Origin: Macrostomum lignano
Taxonomy: Eukaryota
NCBI GenBank assembly: GCA_002269645.1
Contig: NIVC01001397.1
Coordinates: 1-64,000, forward strand
Reading direction: 5' to 3'
Length of the DNA stretch: 64,000 bases
This document shows positions 38,015 through 64,000 of this stretch, one piece after another. Under the pieces are notes generated by a model. The model saw only the letters and a program-made list of their open reading frames with translations. It was not told where the DNA came from and ran no database searches. How positions within the stretch are numbered: the stretch's first letter is position 1; the number at the start of each line of letters is the position of its first letter. The position numbers were made by a program, and so were the translations under genes.

Positions 38015-39120
38015 GCCTGTCTCACTCTGTGACACTCCAGCCTCACTCTGTGACACTCCAGCCTCACTCTGTGACACTCCAGCCTCACTCTGTGACACTC
38101 CAGCCTCACTCTGTGACACTCCAGCCTCACTCTGTGACACTCCAGCCTCACTCTGTGACACTCCAGCCTCACTCTGTGACACTCCAGCCTCACTCTGTGA
38201 CACTCCAGCCTCACTCTGTGACACTCCAGCCTCACTCTGTGACACTCCAGCCTCACTCTGTGATAACTCCAGCCTCACTATGTGACACTCCAGCCTCACT
38301 CTGTGACACTCCAGCCTCACTCTGTGACACTCCAGCCTCACTCTGTGACACTCCAGCCTCACTCTGTGACACTCCAGCCTCACTCTGTGACACTCCAGCC
38401 TCACTCTGTGACACTCCAGCCTCACTCTGTGACACTCCAGCCTCACTCTGTGACACTCCAGCCTCACTATGTGACACTCCAGCCTCACTCTGTGACACTC
38501 CAGCCTCACTCTGTGACACTCCAGCCTCACTCTGTGACACTCCAGCCTCACTCTGTGATAACTCCAGCCTCACTACGTGACACTCCAGCCTCACTCTGTG
38601 ATAACTCCAGCCTCACTATGTGACACTCCAGCCTCACTCTGTGACACTCCAGCCTCACTCTGTGATAACTCCAGCCTCACTATGTGACACTCCAGCCTCA
38701 CTCTGTGACACTCCAGCCTCACTCTGTGACACTCCAGCCTCACTCTGTGACACTCCAGCCTCACTCTGTGACACTCCAGCCTCACTCTGTGACACTCCAG
38801 CCTCACTCTGTGACACTCCAGCCTCACTCTGTGACACTCCAGCCTCACTCTGTGACACTCCAGCCTCACTCTGTGACACTCCAGCCTCACTCTGTGACAC
38901 TCCAGCCTCACTATGTGACACACTAGCCTCACTCTGTGACACTCCAGCCTCACTCTGTGACACTCCAGCCTCACTCTGTGACACTCCAGCCTCACTATGT
39001 GACACTCCAGCCTCACTATGTGACACTCCAGCCTCACTCTGTGACACTCCAGCCTCACTATGTGACACTCCAGCCTCACTATGTGACACTCCAGCCTCAC
39101 TCTGTGACACTCTAGCCTCA
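38015..39120. repeat. 21-bp tandem repeat (CACTCTGTGACACTCCAGCCT), ~52 copies
   Basis: Direct periodicity. Confidence 0.97.
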
Positions 39121-39739
39121 CTCGCTTTCCTTCTGTTTATTTCCCAAAACCGTCACTCCGGTCTTTCATTCCCCAGCAGACCCAGCACTACCAGGACTGA
39201 GTGGCTGCATTGGGATGCAAGACGCATTTCTCTCTATCAAGACAGCTTTCCATTCACGCTGCGATTCCCCAATGTGAACTCCCACTGAGTTATAAATACC
39301 CCACCGACTGGGAGAGTGAGTGAGAATCTGTCTCGGCTAAGCTAATAAATCACTAATCCGGCTAAGATCCAATGAATGCGGAAAGATGATTTTTATCGCT
39401 TCATATAAGTCGCCTTGCACATGGTGAACTTTGTTGCCAGCTTTACTGAAACTCCTGAGCAAAGAGATATTACTTTACTAAGAATTATTTGAATACAACA
39501 ATTTGGTACTGTTACTAAATACTGTGCCGTGTAAACTGGTCACAGGGACGAGACACATGTGGCTGCTCTGACCAACAGGTCTCGCGGCTTGAGCCTGAGA
39601 CTAGGAAAGTTGCGTTGGCCTCAGTTACTGTGGCCCAGATAAGACCCGCAAATGGCATAGGAGATAAAAACTACGCGACTGGAACTGCTGAGCTGGCCCC
39701 GGGCCGCTGCACCGAGAGAGCTCACTGCTCAACACAGGC

Positions 39740-53155
<13,416 letters not shown>

Positions 53156-53169
53156 TGCATTCTACAACA

Positions 53170-53540
53170 CTGACCTAGTTTCCATAGCAACAAGAAAATT
53201 ACCTTGGATACTGTACTTACAGTGTACTTGTGTTTTGACATGGAAATTATTATATTGGCATAGAAACGACAGATTTCCCTTGTGAACGACCTTGACTCAC
53301 TTGTAACTATAGTTGCATAGCAACGTCAGACTTTGTCTTGGATACGACCTTGACCTAGCTACAGTTGCATAGCAACGCCACACTCAATCCCCTTGGATAC
53401 GACCTTGGCCTAGCTATAGTTGCATAGCAACGCCACACTCACTCCCCTTGGATACGACCTTGGCCTACCTATAGTTGCATAGCAACGCCACACTCCTCTT
53501 GGATACGACCTTGACCTAGCTATAGTTGCATAGCAACGTC
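53170..53540. repeat. 51-55-bp tandem repeat containing the inverted repeat GTTGC-ATA-GCAAC
   Basis: GTTGCATAGCAAC at 53312, 53364, 53419, 53474 and 53525. Confidence 0.88.
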
Positions 53541-54544
53541 AGACTTCGGCTTGGCTACCAACTTGGCCTATAGAAAAACTGTTTAACAATGCAACGACCA
53601 TTCTACGATATGCAATATGCAAAATCGTACGTTGATAAACGACTGAATTATTTAGTAGCAAATCAATGTTTTGTGCTGCACATTTGCAATTGTCTCCACA
53701 GCCCTGCAGATTCCAATTCGAAATCAAATCCAATTCCAAAATTAAATTTGCTTTGACCAGAAACACATCTAAATTAGCTAAACAGTTCGCTTCACTTGGC
53801 TCCACCAATTCTGGGGACTCGAATAATCCCAAGCAGAAACCGCAAATCCGGACAGCTTCATCAGGCTCGGAGACTGCCTGTCTGAATCCTTCATCACTTG
53901 AGAAGGCGAGAGGCGCTACTAAAAAAGGCTCACTATAAAGTAGCGGCCGCCCAGCACACGGAGAGATTATCGATTTATTCCAATTGCAGCTCCCATGGAA
54001 TAAAAGAGCCGCAGAGAGCCAGCAGTAGGATGGGAGTGAAGGACAGCCATGAAGGCGAGTTTCAAGCGTCTAAAAAAAGTCCTGAAGGATCTCCTCTGCA
54101 GCCGCAACCGGGTCAGCTCATGCATAATTCACCTTGGCCCAAGGTCCGGCTGATCGCATCGCACTCTCATTTTGTATATTGCATATCGGACTGCAGCCGC
54201 TCAGCATAATGAATACCTGCAACCTGCACTTGCTGGGACAGGCATGGGGCGCGCGCTTAATTATAAGGCCGAGACGGGGCTGCCTTCCCAGGCTGCAATC
54301 ACGAGCTGCAGCCGCCCGAATCGCCTCGTCTAAACTGCAGCCTTTCATTGCTACCCTCGCTGCCTCACCTTGAAACTTATTTTATTCTGAGTCACATTCT
54401 TAATCCAAGCTGACCTTCATTCATTCTTATAGTTACTCTCCGCCTTTCTCACTTAATCCTTCTCTGACTTCCTTTCTGTTTAATAACTGCTTCTTCCCCT
54501 TTATTTCCTAACAGTTCCGCATTATTTTACATTCACTTCAGCTT

Positions 54545-55260
54545 CACTTCCCTCTTCTTTCATTTCACGTCCCTCTACTTCCATTTCACTTCCATCTACT
54601 TCCATCTACTTCCATTTCACTTCCATCTACTTCCATTTCACGTCCTTTTCTTCCACTTCACTTCCATCTACTTCCGCTTCACGTCCCTCTACTTCCACTT
54701 CACTTCCATCTACTTCCACTTCACTTCCATCTACTTCCATTTCACGTCCTTTTCTTCCACTTCAATTCCATCTACTTCCATTTCACGTCCTTCTTCTTCC
54801 ATTTCACTTCCATCTACTTCCATTTCACGTCCTTTTCTTCCACTTCACTTCCATCTACTTCCATTTCACGTCCTTTTCTTCCATTTCACTTCCATCTACT
54901 TCCATTTCACTTCCATCTACTTCCATTTCACTTCCATCTACTTCCATTTCACGTCCTTTTCTTCCACTTCACTTCCATCTACTTCCGCTTCACGTCCCTC
55001 TACTTCCACTTCACTTCCATCTACTTCCACTTCACTTCCATCTACTTCCATTTCACGTCCTTTTCTTCCACTTCAATTCCATCTACTTCCATTTCACGTC
55101 CTTCTTCTTCCACTTCACTTCCATCTACTTCCATTTCACGTCCTTCTTCTTCCACTTCACTTCCATCTACTTCCGCTTTACGTCCATCTACTTCCATTTC
55201 ACTTCCATCTACTTCGCTTCACTTCCATCTACTTCCATTTCACGTCCCTCTACTTCCGCT
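54545..55260. repeat. ~21-bp pyrimidine-rich repeat (TTCCATTTCACTTCCATCTAC and variants)
   Basis: Direct periodicity. Confidence 0.92.
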
Positions 55261-55529
55261 CTCTTCCCAGCTCGTATTAATGACCCTAGCACCTTTGGTT
55301 GAGCTGTGCCTAATCTAAATAAAAATCTAAACGATATTCAAATCTGATCGCGGCATTTTCGAAAGGACCTTCAAGTAAACTGAAAAAAAGGAATTTTTTA
55401 CGAGTTTTAAGACAGCGGCGGGCCGAATGCTTCTAGAAATGCTCAGTTAAAAAGCAAAGCAAAACGCTTCGTTTATTTTTTGCATGCAAAATTTTACACT
55501 GAAGCAAGTTTACACTGGCGAGGACCAGG

Positions 55530-56470
55530 GGAGCTGAAGGATCAGGAGATGGAAGGTTGGGGGAGCTGAAGGATCAGGAGATGGAAGGTTGGGGGAGCTG
55601 AAGGATCAGGAGATGGAAGGTTGGGGGAGCTGAAGGATCAGGAGATGGAAGGTTGGGGGAGCTGAAGGATCAGGAGATGCAAGGTTGGGGGAGCTGAAGG
55701 ATCAGGAGATGGAAGGTTGGGGGAGCTGAAGGATCAGGAGATGGAAGGTTGGGGGAGCTGAAGGATCAGGAGATGGAAGGTTGGGGGAGCTGAAGGATCA
55801 GGAGATGGAAGGTTGGGGGAGCTGAAGGATCAGGAGATGCAAGGTTGGGGGAGCTGAAGGATCAGGAGATGGAAGGTTGGGGGAGCTGAAGGATCAGGAG
55901 ATGGAAGGTTGAGGGAGCTAAAGGATCAGGAGATGGAAGGTTGGGGGAGCTGAAGGATCAGGAGATGGAAGGTTGGGGGAGCTGAAGGATCAGGAGATGG
56001 AAGGTTGGGGGAGCTGAAGGATCAGGAGATGGAAGGTTGGGGGAGCTGAAGGATCAGGAGATGGAAGGTTGGGGGAGCTGAAGGATCAGGAGATGGAAGG
56101 TTGGGGAGCTGAAGGATCAGGAGATGGAAGGTTGGGGGAGCTGAAGGATCAGGAGATGGAAGGCTGGGGAGCTGAAGGATTGGGGAGCTGAAGGATTGGG
56201 GGGGAGCTGAAGGATTGGGGAGCTGAAGGATTGGGGGGGAGCTGAAGGATTGGGGAGCTGAAGGATTGGGGAGCTGAAGGATTGGGGAGCTGAAGGATTG
56301 GGGAGCTGAAGAATCAGGGGGAGCTGAAGGATCAGGGGGAGCTGAAGGATCAGGGGGAGCTGAAGGATCAGGGGGAGCTGAAGGATCTGGGGGAGCTGAA
56401 GGATCTGGGGGAGCTGAAGGATCTGGGGGAGCTGAAGGATCAGGGGGAGCTGAAGGATCAGGGGGAGCTG
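55530..56470. repeat. 32-bp repeat (GGGAGCTGAAGGATCAGGAGATGGAAGGTTGG) contracting to 16-18-bp GGGGAGCTGAAGGAT units
   Basis: Direct periodicity; abuts the AATF stop codon. Confidence 0.95.
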
Positions 56471-56498
56471 AGGGAACAAGGGGAGCAACAGTTCGAGT

Positions 56499-57895
56499 CT
56501 ACTTGGGCCCGCCAAACAGCGAGGCGTACAGTTCGCGCCGCTGGCCTTCAGTGAGCTGTCCGGGCGGCTCGGAGGCGGTGGCGAAGCCGACCAGTCGGGG
56601 CATCTCCAGGTAGCGCAGTCTGCGCGCTTTACTCGCCCGAGTGTCGACATTCGCCCGCTTGCGCAGCCGGCGGCGGAGCTGCTGCAGGCGGGCGAACTCC
56701 TGGCCGAGAGCGGCCGGGTCGGTAAGGCCGGCAGTGCGGCTGTGCACGAAGTCCAGCAGAGTCAGCTTGTACAGGTCGCTGTCGTCGTAGATCCGCGAAT
56801 CGGACTCAGGCGGATCGGACAGCTTGGCTTCGGGCTGGTCGCCGACAACATCCGGGTCGCTGGTGTCCATGGGCTCGCTGGCGGGCTGCTGCAGGTCGCT
56901 GCCTGGCAGCCGCAGAGGCCGCAGGTGGCACCGGTTGAGGCGGGACCGGGCGATGAGGCGCTCGCGGTCAGCCAGAAGGGCCTGTCAGGTGAGGAGGGAG
57001 CAGAGAGATACATAGCAATCAATACTAACCACGGCCAACTCTGCTTAACTTGCAGAGCTGGCGGCTAATACGCTAGCCTATTCTAAAATATGTACACATA
57101 GGAAAGGAAGTGAGCCATCAAAAATTTCATAGAAACAAAGTACACCGTCTTATTTAATTATAGTGGTTATCGAGTTCTACCAAGAGCATTGGGTGCTGTT
57201 TTTAAGCCATAGCAGATGCCGCTCACCTGAAGTCGCTGCACAGGATGCTGAGCCAGCTTATTGATGCCGCCGCCGCCTACGCTGGCCAAGGACGCCCGCT
57301 CGTGCCAGTCGGCCAGCACCGGCTCGTGCCAGGCCAACAGGGCTCGCTGCCGCTCCTCCAGTTGAGCCTCCAGGCTGGATGGCCAAGCGGCCTCTTCGGC
57401 GGCTGTGGAGTCCAGCGGAGCGCCGAGAACGCGTTGCGCATACAGACAGGCGAGCGAGCGCGCGTCAGAAAGAGCTTGCGTTGAATTAGTGATGAATGGC
57501 TAATTCAGCTACTAACAGTAGGCCTGTAGAAATCGGATGTTGAAAAGTGTTTTTTATAATATGAAAACTTACCATTACTAGCATGGTCCTTCAGCTCTGG
57601 AGACTCGATAGCATCAACATGTCCAACTGGGAGCACATTGACAATGTCCAGTACAGACTGCAGCTTCACTCGAATGTGCAGCAGCTCATGCCAATGGGCT
57701 GTATAAGGAAATATAAAGACCACAAATTACAAAAAAATTAGATTCAATTTATTATACATACTAGGCATAATCCAACTGACCAATAAGATTTTTTTGTATG
57801 AAGTCCTTTCAACACTGTAGATGCAGATGAACTGACAACCAATGGCTCTTTTGTCTTCATGGCTTCTTGTAACTGTTTTTAGGCTTGATCATACC
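56499..57895 (-). CDS. AATF: Apoptosis-antagonizing transcription factor / Bfr2 homologue (90S pre-ribosome factor); 5' end unresolved
   Basis: Exons 57698-57573, 57474-57227 and 56981-56499 are phase-consistent; a tentative exon ends at 57781. Motifs: HWHELLHIRVKLQ (N-terminal domain), LADWHERASL, LLADRERLIARSR, IYDDSDLY, VDTRASKARRLRY, ELYASLFG (TRAUB domain). Confidence 0.88.
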
Positions 57896-59743
57896 TGAAA
57901 GTTCAATAAAAAGATGAGCAATATTAGCTAATCTAAATATATATAAGAATTAGAATTACTATTAATAATTTAATTAAACTTTTAGCAAACAGTAATAACT
58001 CTATTATGCTTTAGACTATAAAAAGCATGGTGTAATTTATAAATCAGTTATAACTATTAAAGGTGATTTAATACTAAAGTTATACAGAAAAAATCAAGTA
58101 GCCTATAGCTCTATGCTAAAGCAATGGTATAACTAGATAATAGGAAATGGACCTTAAAATAAATAAGAAAGTGAAGGGACCCTTAAGAACCAAAAGGGGG
58201 TACTGAGATAAGCCTTATATTGGCATTCTTATGTCATACAATACCTATAGCCTAATTGATTACTTGCATCAATTTTGTTATATGATACCCAATACGGCAA
58301 TAGATATAGGATAAAAATTGAAACAGATATAGCCAATTAAAAAAATCATACTTGTAGCTTACTAGAGTGCAATCCTTATATTCACTTTTGTTTACAATAC
58401 CCTAAGTGGACAAAATTGTTAACAATGTACTGTAAAATGAATATGAGGGGTGCCAACTTGGGGTTTCATGTGCTAGTGCATAGTTCAATTACTATTAAAT
58501 TTCAAACCAATATCTTCACTGCTTTCTTCCAGGAACAACAACTGCAGTACCCTCTAACAACTTTGCCTGTTTATTCTGATGACCATCTCTGACATTAATT
58601 AGGACAGTGTCCAGATAGAAAATTGAAAGAGTTTTGCTCAACTTGTTGTCAAAATTTTTGTCTTTACTTTTGTAATATGATACCCTTAATGACCATCTCA
58701 AATTATAGGCATCGTGAAATGAAAGTGAATATAAGGATCTTATTCTACAAACTTTTGTCTTCATTATTGTGACATAACCTCTAGTTTTTTATTTTTAGGA
58801 CTTTTGTTTCTTTTTATTTCTTACTATTTTTAGTAATTACTAGAGCGTTATGGACATTCAAGCAAGCATACAAACCTTAGAGATTTAGTATATTTAGATT
58901 TATTAATTATACTACTACTACACGCGGCCTGCGACCGCGCATCATCATTCGGAATTTTTAATAAATAAAAAAATCTGTTTAATACCTTTTTTAAATTTAA
59001 TTAAAAAGTTAAACAAAATTTGCGCAAAGCATTTGTCAATTTAGGTTTAACACAAAGTAGAAAATAAAATATTTGTTTCTAAGAGTTCTTTGCACTATAG
59101 GTATGTGTAAAAGCAGATTTAAAAAAAGTAATATTGCGCAACGTTACAAGATTTAGTTTTCTAGTGAGAAATATATATATTTTATATATTTTATCAAATG
59201 TCGGAAGTTTCAATTTATTTTTGTGTAGAATTAAGTTAGGCCTAGTGAAGCTTATATACTGTTTCTTTGCTTTATAGTGTTTTAATTCGCATTTTTGAAG
59301 TCTATAATTTTTTTATAAAACATACTAGGTAAGCAATTATTAAATGTGTTTTGAGTTTAATCTATTCATTTTTATTTACCTTTTTTTTAACTTACATTTA
59401 CCTTTTTCTTCGCTCCTACGTCTAATGCTGGCGTGGATATAAATGCATCATTTTTATCATAGAAAATAGGCTTAGCACTCTTTTCATAACATGCATATCA
59501 CATGCTGCTATATTTGCATAGTTTACCTTCTATTTTTGTCTCAGCAAGGCATAGTTCTTTGTCAAGCACAGTTTTTAGAAATCGAACACAATACGAATGA
59601 TTATTTGCTTACTTTCTTCCAGAAAGTAGACACACTTTTATCTAATTTCTCCTCCTTCTCTACTTTTTTGCCTGTTTTTCTGAAAGCTTTAAGTTTAATT
59701 AATAATTGTAAACTTTCTTTTAACTTGCTCACTTTCAGCCAAT

Positions 59744-64000
<4,257 letters not shown>

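Noticed and set aside
58516-58764. 82-aa minus-strand ORF as an upstream AATF exon
   Set aside because: No clear AATF motif and splice phases could not be established.
58923-58939. GC hairpin CGCGG-N7-CCGCG in AT-rich DNA as a Helitron 3' end
   Set aside because: No CTRR terminus at the expected distance and no second copy; the stem is only 5 bp.

Overview
Eukaryotic (animal) genomic DNA: GC3-rich, GT-AG spliced genes sit among about 40 tandem-repeat arrays. The overall style (minisatellite-filled introns, high-GC3 exons, TTAGGG repeats) resembles a free-living flatworm such as Macrostomum lignano; this is inference only. Six protein-coding genes are supported. (1) An apparently intronless ~16-ankyrin-repeat protein with a long low-complexity tail and several apparent frameshifts (minus, ~1418-5504). 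(2) An intronless PKA type II regulatory subunit (plus, 7865-9094). (3) A GABA-A/glycine-receptor-like Cys-loop chloride channel subunit (minus, 7 exons found, 18833-32926, first exon not found). (4) A 7-exon, 1226-aa protein with ~25-29 ankyrin repeats and a C-terminal CARD-like death-fold domain (plus, 39740-53155); this is the most interesting item. (5) AATF/Bfr2 (minus, 5' end incomplete). (6) TEP1, TROVE domain with RGG-rich inserts (plus, 59744 to beyond the window end). Most long ORFs in the supplied track are translations of tandem repeats, not genes. No rRNA, tRNA, CRISPR array or intact transposon ORF was recognised. Exon coordinates were derived by hand from GT/AG sites and phase matching; repeat boundaries and copy numbers are approximate.
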